From: Octopus sinensis
Lineage: Eukaryota
DNA length: 64,000 bases
NCBI RefSeq assembly: GCF_006345805.1
Contig: NC_043004.1
Coordinates: forward strand, 37,634,001 to 37,698,000
Direction of reading: 5' to 3'
Part shown: positions 10,518 to 20,959 of the stretch, piece after piece
Position numbering within the stretch: the stretch's first letter is position 1
Layout: every line of letters starts with the position of its first letter
Notes under the pieces: model-generated
Seen by the model: only the letters and a program-made list of their open reading frames with translations
Database searches by the model: none
Told to the model about the DNA's origin: nothing
Translations under genes and position numbers: made by a program

Positions 10518-10890
10518 GGTGCAGGTGTGGCTATGTGGTAAGAAACTTGGTTCCAAAGAATATGGTCTTTGGTTCAGTCCCACTGTGTGGTAACTTGGCA
10601 TGTGTCTTCAGCTATAGTCTCAGGCCAATCAAAGCCTTGAGTGGATTTGGTAGACAGAAACTGAAAGAAACCCATTGTATATATATGTGTATATATGTAA
10701 GTGTATGTGTGTGTCTTTTTGTTTGTGTTTCTCCCTCGTTAGTGCGTGACAATTGGTATTGGTTTATTTACATCCCCATAACTTAATAGTTTGACAACAA
10801 GAGTCTGATAGAATAAGTACCAGGCTTATCAAAATAAAAAAAAAAGCACTGGGGTCGATTCATTCCATAGAAAATTCTTCAAGGTAGTGT
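10518..10890 (+). mobile_element. tRNA-derived SINE family D with internal (TA)/(TG) microsatellite
   Basis: tRNA-like head GGTGTGGCTATGTGGTAAGAA...GGTTCAGTCCC and body GAGTGGATTTGGTAGACAGAAACTGAAAGAA, shared with 40205-40660. Confidence 0.75.
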
Positions 10891-10999
10891 CTCACATTTG
10901 TGTTTACCCACTCAATTGTCTCTATCAATCTATCTTTCTGTATATATATATATATAATACACACACATATACATGTATGTATATGTGCATATATATATA

Positions 11000-11690
11000 T
11001 CTATTATATAAAAGTCAATGTCTTTATGTGTGTTACTTATAGACTCAAAAACTACTGGACCGATCCTAATGAAATTTGGAACACAAAATCCAAGCCTAAG
11101 GAGAAGAGTAATTCCGTATGTTTCATACAATTATGAGGGGGCATAAAGGGAGGCAGACCCCCACTGTGAAAATTCATATGCTTCGGATTTTGATGAAATT
11201 TGAACCATAGGTATTACAAATAATTTTTTAAATATACCCAAAATTTCCATTTCTTTGGATGATTCTAAGACCTCCTAATGGGCGTTTAACCACCAAATTT
11301 TAGTCATTTTGCATAGACCAAAATTACTGAATGGATCCTTATGATATTTGGAACTTAGATTCAATGTATAAGGGCATATATAATGCAATATGTTTGGTTT
11401 CAATTTGAGGGGGGCAGAACCAGTCAAAGTTGTTTCTTTTGGATTAACCACCAATTGTGCTGCAGTCTGTTCAGTAAAGTAAGCCCACTGGCCATTTTCC
11501 AAATAAACCGCTAGTTGTATGATGGCGAGGTTCCTTTGGTGAATCAGAAACCCGAAATCCACCGAAAAGCTTCATCACTGCTGACATATCGACCTGGCAA
11601 GTACTGTGACACCTCGTCTGGTGAATTTGTTGAAATGCAAGAATAGAGGTATGAAAATGTGTGCTGTGTGCAAGAGTAAGATATAATTCT
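11000..11690 (+). mobile_element. Helitron-type 5' end followed by an antisense Helitron Rep-helicase fragment
   Basis: A|TCTATTATATAAAAG...ACTACTGGACCGAT...GAAATTTGG 5' terminus on plus. About 11430-11630 on minus reads DEVSQYLPGRYVSSDEAF..FGFLIHQRNLAIIQLAVYLENGQWAYFTE. Confidence 0.65.
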
Positions 11691-11693
11691 TTA

Positions 11694-11880
11694 CTTATTT
11701 CTTTACTACCCACAAGGGGCTAAACACAGAGGGGACAAACAAGGACAGAAAAAGGGATTAAGTCGATTACATCGACCCCAGTGCGTAGCTGGTACTTAAT
11801 TTATCGACCCCGAAAGGATGAAAGGCAAAGTCGACCCCGGCAGAATTTGAACTCACAACGTGGCGGCAGACAAAATATGC
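11694..11880 (-). mobile_element. SINE family A (5'-truncated)
   Basis: Core GTCGACTTTGCCTTTCATCCTTTCGGGGTCGATAAATTAAGTACCAG and tail GTGGGTAGTAAAGAAATA. Confidence 0.85.
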
Positions 11881-12029
11881 ATTTTACTCTTAAGAAGTTA
11901 ATTTCAATAAGGAATTTAGCTTGTATTTGATATACCCTTATTTGTTTTTATTGTCCATATTCATACTACTGGCCACCCTGAACTATTTCTCTTAGCTTAT
12001 TTTTGTTTAAATTGTGGCCGAGTCATTGT

Positions 12030-12373
12030 CGTGGCCAATGCCAGTACCACCAGTACCACATAAAAAGCACCATTCGAGTGTGGTCGTTGTCAGTGTCGCT
12101 TGACTGGCTCCCGTGCCAGTGGCACATAAAAAGCACCATTCAAGCCTGGTGATGCCAGTACCGCCTGACTGGCACTCATGACAGTGGCACATAAAAAGCA
12201 CCCACTATACTCTCAGAGTGGTTGGCGTTAGGAAGGACATCCAGCTGTAGAAACTTCGTCAGATCAGATTGGAGCCTGGTACAGCCTTCTGGTTTGCCAG
12301 TCCTCAGTCAAACTGTCCAACCCATGCCAGCATGAAAAGTGGACATTTAACAATGATGATGATGATGATGATG
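12030..12373 (+). mobile_element. RTE-type 3' end / related retroposon, family C
   Basis: Internal repeats GGCACATAAAAAGCACC, core GGCGTTAGGAAGGACATCCAGCTGTAGAAAC and a (GAT)n tail. Confidence 0.75.
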
Positions 12374-12559
12374 TATTCATCATCACTTTACATTCACCTC
12401 CCATATCAGTATGGGTTAAACAGTTCAACAGGATCCAATGTGTCAGAGGACTGCTTTGAGCGCCAATGTCTATTTTGGCATAATTTCTACACCAACCACT
12501 TTACAAAGTGTACTGGGTGCTTTTTTTTCATCACACTTATCCAAGATTTCTGTATTTCC

Positions 12560-13545
12560 CCTAAGACTATGGAACTGCATCAGGTGAGTCCCTCTCCAAG
12601 AACTCTATATGTCACCTAAAACTATGAGTCTGCCCATATAAGTTTTTTTCAAGACCTCCATATATCAGTTAAGACCATAGAACTGTCCAGATGAGCTTCT
12701 TTTTGAACCCTCCATTTTCTAAGACCATGCAACGGCCCCAGGTTATTCTCTTCCTGATCACATATACACCACTGAATGTCTCCCACAACTATGGAACAGT
12801 CCTAAGTGAGTTTCACTTCAAGACCTCAGTATGATTTATAAGATCATGGAACTGTCTCAGTTCATTTCTTCTTCTAGACATTTGTACATCTCCTAAATCC
12901 ATGAGTTCCTTTCAAAGATTGTTCTATGTCTCTAAGATAATGGAACTTCTCCAGGAAAGTTCATCTCCTAGGCCTCTATATATATTTCCTAAGAACCCTG
13001 AACTGCTTGGGTTAGTTTCTCTCAAAGAGCTCTATATGTCTTCTAAGACCATGGAACTGTCCATCTCCAAGATCTCTCTAAATCTCCTAAGTCAAAAATC
13101 TCTGCATGTATCCTAGTTGATTTCCTCTCCAAACTTTTGTATACCTTCTATGACCATGGAGCTGGTCCAGCAGAGTTCATTTCTGAAGACTGCTGTCTCC
13201 TAATCCCATACAACTGCCCTAGGTGAGTTTCTCTCCAAGAACTCTGTATGTCTCCTAAGACCGTGCCACTGCCCTAAGTTAATCTCTATCCAAAACCTCT
13301 GTACATCTTGTAAGGCCATGGAACTGCCCTAGTTGAGTTCCTCTCAAAGACCATGGAAATACCTCAGTTATATTCCTCTCACACACCTCTGTATGTCTCC
13401 CAATAACGTTGGAACTTCCTCAAGTGAGTTCATCTTGGACATTTGTATGTTTTCTAAGACCAGGGAATTGCTGCAGGTAAGTTCTTCTGCCTGACCTCTG
13501 TATATCTCATAAAACCAAGGAACTGCTAGCATTTGCTCATGAGCT
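12560..13545. repeat. Diverged minisatellite, about 55-bp unit
   Basis: Roughly 15-18 degenerate copies of CTAAGACCATGGAACTGCCCTAGGTGAGTTTCTCTCCAAGAACTCTGTATGTCTC. Confidence 0.75.
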
Positions 13546-13940
13546 GAATGTCTCCATGTCACAGTTGTTGTCTTAGGGCCGATAAAGTTTAATATTTCTG
13601 AAGTTGTTACTATCAGAACAAACCAGAATGAATACCAATAAAGAACATTGGTATTGATAAATACTATTAAAAGTACATTCAAAGACAGTTAATTTGGAGG
13701 GATTTATTTGTACAAATGTGATGACCTTTTCTACCTCAAGGGGCCAATGATTGATAATAAAATAATGACTATGGAACTTAAAAATATTGGAATGTAATTA
13801 AATTTTTAAAAATATTTTTATCAAAAATATTACAATTGTAATTTATCTCAGTGATGTAGAGATATCTGTGGTTACAGAAAATATAATGTTGAGATGTTGT
13901 TACCACACTGAAATACATCTTCAGTTACAACATATTTTAT

Positions 13941-14439
13941 TCCTGCCACTCTATGTCACGCTGGTGAGACCCATATTGGAGTATGGGATTCAAGCCTCTT
14001 CTCCTTATCTCCTCAAAGACATACAGCACCTCGAAAGAGTCCTGAGGCTGGCTACCCGCATGGTTCATGGTTTCAAAAATTTGTCCTACGAAGAAAGGCT
14101 GAGGACGCTCGACCTTTGTTCTCTTGAAAAACGCCGCCGCCGTGGTGATCTCATTCTCGCCCACAACATCATAAGCGGGAAGTGTAACCTCTCGAAAGAG
14201 CTGTTCTTCACTCCTGCTCCGGAGCGTCGGCTGCGGGGTCATTCCGAAAAGCTCTACCTGCGACGATTTCATCTCAATCGAAGGAGAGGAGCTGCCAGAC
14301 GAGATGGTGAAGATGCCGACGACCGCTTTGTTCAAAGCCTCCCTGGACCTCAAGTGGCCTGAACTCTTTACATGAACACCACCCTGTACTTAACTCCATG
14401 TCCCCCTACATGGCCTTGCTATTTGCTTTTGAGCCAAAT

Positions 14440-14468
<29 letters not shown>
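13941..14468 (+). mobile_element. CR1-type LINE 3' fragment with (AACT)n tail
   Basis: FLPLYVTLVRPILEYG...LSYEERL...RRRRGDLI...LRGHSEKL is the CR1 RT C-terminus, followed by a short 3' UTR and (AACT)n. Confidence 0.88.
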
Positions 14469-14471
<3 letters not shown>

Positions 14472-15723
14472 GCACAGCTTCTGGAACCGTATGAATACAA
14501 ACATGTTTAGTTAAGTGACTCTTTTGAGAGAATGATTTACCACAGACATCACAGTGATATGGTTTCTCTCCTGTATGAATACGTTTGTGCTTAATTAACA
14601 CACTACTTTGAGAGAATGATTTACTGCAGATATCACAATGATATGGCTTCTCCCCTGTATGAATGGTTCTGTGTCGAGTTAAATCACTACTTCCAGAGAA
14701 TGATTTACCACAGACATCACACTGATATGGTTTTTCTCCAGTATGAATACGTTTATGTTTTGTTAAGTGACTTCTTTCAGTGAATGATTTACCACAGATA
14801 TTACATTCGTAGGGTTTCTCTCCCGTATGAATACGTTTGTGAGTAATTAAGGTACTTCCTCCAGAGAACGATTCACCACAGATATCACACAGGTATGGTT
14901 TCTCCCCTGTATGAATACGTTTGTGGCTAGTTAAGTGACTTTTTTCAGAGAATGATTTATCACAGATATCACATAAATATGGTTTCTCCCCTGTATGAAT
15001 ACGTTTGTGGCTGGTTAAGACCCCACACTGTGAGAAAGATTTACCACAAATATCACAGTGATATGGTTTCTCTCCTGTATGAATACGTTTGTGAGCAATT
15101 AAGGTACTCCCTCTAGAGAATGATTTACCACAGATATCGCACTGATATGGTTTCTCTCCCGTATGAATACGCTTGTGCAGAGTTATATCACCATTTTCAG
15201 AAAATGATTTACCACAGATGTCACAGTGATATGGCTTTTCTCCTGTATGAATACGTTTATGAGTATCTCGGTTACCTTTCAGAGAGAAAGACTTGCCACA
15301 AATATCGCAGTGATAAGGTCTTTCTCCAGTATGAATAAGTTTGTGCCTAGTTAAGACACATTTTACAGTAAATGATTTACCACAGATATCACACTGATAT
15401 GGTCTCTCACCTGTGTGAATACGTATATGAGTAATTAATTCATCATTTCGATAAAATGATTTGTTGCAGACATCACAGTGATGTGATTTCTCTCCTGTGT
15501 GAATAAGTTTGTGGTTAGTTAAATGACTGTTCTCAGAGAATGATTTACCACAGACATCACAGTGATATGGTTTCTCCCCAGTAGGAATACTTCCATGAGC
15601 TGTTAAGTGATGGTTTAGGAAGAATATACCACCATGGTATGATGGCTGTCCTATCTCTTTTGGCATCTTTTCTGAAAAATCAACCCTGCTAGACTCATCA
15701 GTTTCACACTTTACCTGTTCCAT
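14467..15723 (-). CDS. C2H2 zinc-finger protein, 418 aa, 13 tandem fingers
   Basis: 13 intact CxxC...HxxxH fingers with TGEKPY-type linkers, plus one degenerate N-terminal finger lacking CxxC. An in-frame stop lies 5 codons upstream of the ATG. A TTTCAG acceptor at 16078-16083 (minus) implies an upstream 5' UTR intron. Confidence 0.93.
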
Positions 15724-16573
15724 AATTTCATTCTCTCACCTCAATATATTGACTTCTTTCTCATTTCTTTTTTTATAGTTTATATTTAAAAACATATTCC
15801 TTTTGTTGCATTTTCATCAATACCAGAAGATACTGCAAACATCTTTGTAATTCAAGTTAGAAAAATCAACTTATACATAATCCAGAGAGAGAAGAGAAAT
15901 GTTGTTATTAATTTCAGCTTAGAGAAAATATTGTAATTGCTGCAGGTAAGTTCTTCTGACAGACCATAGATTTATATAAACAAGATTATCTCTGCTCTGT
16001 TTAGTCTAAAAGATGATAAATATTGAAGAAGATGTATCTGATGTAAAAGTTCTTTAAATCCAATGCCATCTGATATTCTGAAATAAAAGAGAAGTAAATG
16101 ATATAGAGGATACTTAAAATGTATGGATTCAACAGTGGACATTTTATTTCAATCTTTCTTATAAATGGTAAAAAGGTAATAATGTATGTATTTTTATATG
16201 CATTTTACTGTTATTTGTTTTATCGCCCTGGGGTTAGAGAGATGAATAGCTAGAAGGGCAACATACCCTTGTTAAAGATAAGGGGTGGAGAGATATCATT
16301 CAGAATTTAGGATAAACCAGATGTTGGTTATGGAGGGGAAAGGTTTGATTACCTACACTTTACTCATTGATGAACCACCTAATTTTCTCCAACTTACATC
16401 CTGACCAGCTGCTGGCTAGGTTGGTGGCCATAAATCTTTTCTCACCCCAACCACTAACTAAATTCCAAATACACTTCCATCCCTTTAATGATTCTGTTTT
16501 TCTTCCATTGAAGGCCAGATGCATTCTCACTGCACACAGGGATTGTTCTTTCTATTATTATGAAATTATATGA

Positions 16574-16789
16574 AGGCGGCAAGCTGGCAGAATCATTAGC
16601 ACACCGGGCAAAATGCTGCGGTATTTTGTCTGCCACTACATTCTGAGTTCAAATTCTGCCGCGATCAACTTTGCCTTTCATCCTTTTAGGGTCGATAAAT
16701 TAAATACCAGTTGAGTACTGGAGGTCAATGTAATCGACTATTCTCTTCCCCCAAATTTCAGGCCTTGCACCTATAGTAGAAAGGATTAT
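16574..16789 (+). mobile_element. SINE family A (tail type 2)
   Basis: Head GGCGGCAAGCTGGCAGAA, same core, tail CCTATAGTAGAAAGGATTA. Confidence 0.85.
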
Positions 16790-16822
16790 GAAATCATCTG
16801 ATGAAAAGAGTTATTTTTAATA

Positions 16823-17115
16823 CTAGCAGTATCGCCCAGCGTTGCTCGGGTTTGTAAGGGAAATAACTATATGAGCATTTTTAGAGAGTTACTTCCCTTA
16901 TATAAACCGAGCAAAAAATGCGAAAAAATGATGGTAATTTTTTTTTAAATCGTAGACTCATCGTAGACGCGCGCTAATACCCAGAAGGGCTCGATATGAA
17001 TCACGACTATAAGATACCCGCTTTTGGTTAAACTGCACCGCAAAATGTGGGAGTAGTTAGGAATCTAAATCGGAGGAGACAGACTCTCATACAACTTCAG
17101 TTTTATATATAAAGA
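16823..17115 (-). mobile_element. Non-autonomous Helitron (293 bp)
   Basis: Minus strand A|TC TTTATATATAAAA 5' end, 3' hairpin CCCGAGCAACGCTGGG then CTAG|T. No TSD. Confidence 0.8.
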
Positions 17116-17224
17116 TGATGTAATGTACTCACTCAGCAAATAAAAAATGCATAAGAAACAGCCGTAATGAACTGACATTTATCTACCGTCTGTTATTTTT
17201 TATTTGCCTATAATAATGGAGTAG

Positions 17225-20200
17225 GGTTAAGCATGATGACTTGTGCTTCTACCATGCAAAGTTTGAAAAAAAAAGACGACAAAGTGCAAACAACCATGTA
17301 GCTTCAGGACCCCTTCACCAGTGACCCAGGGAAACTCCAGGACCGGCCACTGATGAACACCCTGGTGGCCGGCAGACATGACTAAATGCTCCTCTATGTC
17401 CGCAATCACAACTCCAGACGCAGGCTCCTTATCAACACAGGAGCAGAAGTCAGTGTGATCATGGCATTGGCAAGGGACCTCCGTCACGGAAAGCGGAACC
17501 AACCTTTAACAACTGCCAATGGGTCCACAATCGAGACATACGGTCATCACACCCTTTCCTTCAACATTGGATCATGAAAATACACATGGGCATTCACCAT
17601 CGCCGATATCCATCAGCCCATAATTGGTGCAGACTTTCTTCGCGCACACTTGCTACTGGTGGATTGCAGGGAAGACAACTCCTAGACAACAACACATATG
17701 CTTCCATGCCTCTTGCAACATCTGTACATGCAACCATCTCGTGGACCAAGAATGAATTTTTGGATCTTCTTGTAAGTCACCCCAAATTCACCACTCGAAC
17801 ATTCTCCAAGCCTACAGCCCCCCCTTCCCACAGGGATGATACCACTGCTCCCCCCCAGTGCACAGCCGCACATATCGTCTATCACCAGACAAATTTGCAA
17901 TTGCAAAGACCGAGTTCAAGAATATGGAGGTATTGGGTATAGTTCGCTGATCAAGCAGTCCCTGGTCATCACCTCTGCATGTGGCCTCCAAAACCCAACA
18001 GAGATTATCGATTCAGCAGAGATTACCACCGTCTCAACGTGGATATGACACCTGACCGCTACCCCTTTCCAAACATACAAGATTTTTCAGCCCAGTTAGC
18101 CGGGTGCTCAGTTTCTCCAAGGTTGACCTTATCCAGGAATACCACCAAATACCAGTACAAGACAACAATGTACCAAAAACTGCTGTGATCACTCCTTTCG
18201 GTCGGTACGAATTCCTATGTACACCCTTTGAGCTGAAAAACGTGGTGCAATCCTTCTAATGCCTGATGGACACTGTGTGCATTTTTAGATAATATCCTTA
18301 TTGCAAGTCCAAATGCAGAGCTACATAAGAAGCACCTAGTGACTCTTTTTAATCGGCTGGAATGGTATGGTTTAGTAATCAACCCCACCAAGTGTGTTTT
18401 TGGTGCAACAGAAATCGACTTCTTGGGACATCGAATCACAAGTGCCAGTGCTACACCTCTATCCTTTTCATGCCCCACCACAAGCAAGGCTCTACATCAA
18501 TTCGTGGGCATGGTAAACTTTTACCATCGCTTCATCCCTTCTGCAGCAAAAGTGATGAGACCCCTATACAAAGCACTGTCAAAAGAAGGTGCAAAAAGAC
18601 AGGTGGAGTGGGATAGTACAATGACTTCAGCCTTCCAATCCACAAAACAAGCTCTGGCCCAAGCAACCATGATGTCCCAACCTCACATGTCAGCTCGGAC
18701 TGCAGTCACAGTTGACGCATCCAACACAGCTATTAGGGGCGTTTTGGAACACTACATCAACAGTCAGTGGCCACCGCTCGCCTTCTTCAGCCAAACAGAA
18801 ATGCAGTGCTTTTGACAAGGAACTACTGGCTGTCCATCTAGGCATCCGCCACTTTCAGTATCTCCTTGCAGGCTGCACACTTACAGTATTCACGGATCGC
18901 AAACCACTCACCTTTGCTATGAGCAAGCTCTCAGAGCCTTGGTCTGCATGCCAACAAAGACAGCTATCAGCAATTTCTGAGTAAACCACAGACATCCAAC
19001 ACATAGCCAGCAAGGGCAACCCAGTAGCCGATGCACTCTCTCGTGCTCCTACCCGCTCTCACACCGACCTAGCACCAATAACAGAAGGCTTGGATTACGA
19101 AGCTATGGCTGCAACCCAAGATCAGGGCCTACCACACTGCCATCACATCACTTTCTTTGCAGGATGTACACTTTGGCTCTAATGGCACAACCCTACTGTG
19201 TGATGTATCCACTGGGAAGCCACAGCCGATCAACCCATCAGCCTGGCGCAAGAAAGTTTTCATGGACTTTCCCATCCAGGTGCTAAAGCCACACAGTGGC
19301 TGCTGTCAAGCAAATTTATCTGGCATGGTATGGCCAAGCAAATTGGGGACTGGACCAGGTCCTACAACCCCTGTCAATAAGCCAAGGTCGATCATCACAC
19401 CAAAGCAACCGTTGGCAACTATGAACCACCTCACACCCGATTCAGCCACGTCAACATCAACCTTGTCGGCCCCCTACCACCTTCACAAGGTTGCTCGTAT
19501 CTACTGACCTTGGTGGACCGCTACACCCATTGGCCTGAAACTATCCCTCTCCACAGCACAGAAACAAGAAGTCAGCCAAGCGTTCATCACAAACTGGGTC
19601 ACCTGTTTTGGTGTGCCAGATAGCATATCATCTAATCAGGGTCCACAATTCCCCTCAAAGCTGTGGAATGACATGTGTGGTCTTTTCAGAATCACAATGA
19701 ACCGCACAACAGCCTACAACCCACAGGCCAACGGATTAGTGGAAAGATTTCACTGCTGCCTGAAGGAATCACTGACAACCAGACTTAATGGGCCAAATTG
19801 GATCGACCAACTCCCATGGGTGATGCTAGGAACCCGCACTGCCCCAAAAGAAAATCTCAACACTTCTTCCTCAGAAATGGTTTTATGGTACTCCCCTTAC
19901 AGTGCCAGGAGAATTCCTTCCGAATACAAAGTCGGACCTGGTGTCAAAAGGTACCTCACTCAACTGAGAGACAGCATGGGCCCAGATCATCCATAACAAA
20001 TGATCTCCACACAGCTAACTTTGTGTTCGTTCGACGTGACACACGACAAAAACCCCTCCAGTCACCCTACGGCAGTCCATACATCCGGAAGATAAAACAT
20101 TCCAACTCTTAATTGGCAGACGACAAGACACGGTCTCCATCAATAGATTGAAACTGGCCCATCTCGATATTGACTGCCCCGTTCTGGTGGCCCAACCACC

Positions 20201-20596
20201 AAACAGGGGCCGTCCTAGACAAATCACACCAACCCTTAACAAGGAACAGTTACTAAAGAATCGAGTAACCACACACGGGGGGACAGGACAATTAAAACAC
20301 TTTCCCCGTTTCCAATGACAGTCTGCAGTTCTGGTGGGGAACTATGTAGGGCAGAATTAGTGACAAACGAACTGTAGACAGAAACTTCGTTGCGGGCTAG
20401 CTAGAAAGTTGATCAGCTGGAAAACAAAAGGACTTCCGGAAGGAGAAGGAAAACAGAAGGATGTCAACAGCGAGAGTGAAACAAATCTGAGTGAACTAAA
20501 CAGAAATAACTGATGACTTAAGCCCTGATGTACGTAAAGTAATAAACCTTTCGTAAATGTATTCTCTCCACTAGTTCGTTTGCGTATAGCTTAACA
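17225..20596 (+). mobile_element. Heavily decayed Ty3/Gypsy element, 5'-truncated
   Basis: Gag end CFYHAKF..KCKQPCSF, protease LINTGAEVSV, RT DRYPFPNIQDF and TEIDFLGH, integrase SNQGPQF...NGLVERFH, then PPT GGTGGGGA and a 3' LTR. Many stops and frameshifts. Confidence 0.85.
20345..20596 (+). repeat. 3' LTR of the second Gypsy element
   Basis: TGTAGG...TTAACA, follows the PPT and contains AATAAA. No 5' partner is visible. Confidence 0.7.
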
Positions 20597-20959
20597 AAGC
20601 TATAGTAGTATTAACTCACCTGCACATGTATCATTTAAAGGTGGACACCTTTTGATTCTTCAAAAAATATAGGGAGTAACTTGATTGTCGCAGTGGCTTT
20701 CTCTTTAACATGTCTGCAACATCGAAAGGTTATACAAATAACAGACAAAAGAATTACCTGTAAATAAAATATATTTTCTAAAAAAAAAAAAAAAAAAAAA
20801 AATTATGACGTTTAACCCTTTCATTACTGTGTTTCTGCTTTTGAAAATAGTGAAGAATTTAGTAAAAAATTTGGCGGATGTAAAGAATACGTTTACCACC
20901 CGTTTTTCGCCCAACAAAAAAACCCTAACCTTAAACACTGGCTGTATGTAATCTTTAAT

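Noticed and set aside
10518-10590. tRNA genes at SINE heads (also 16574, 27073, 49397)
   Set aside because: A/B-box-like motifs are present, but there is no complete cloverleaf and each continues into a repeated SINE body.
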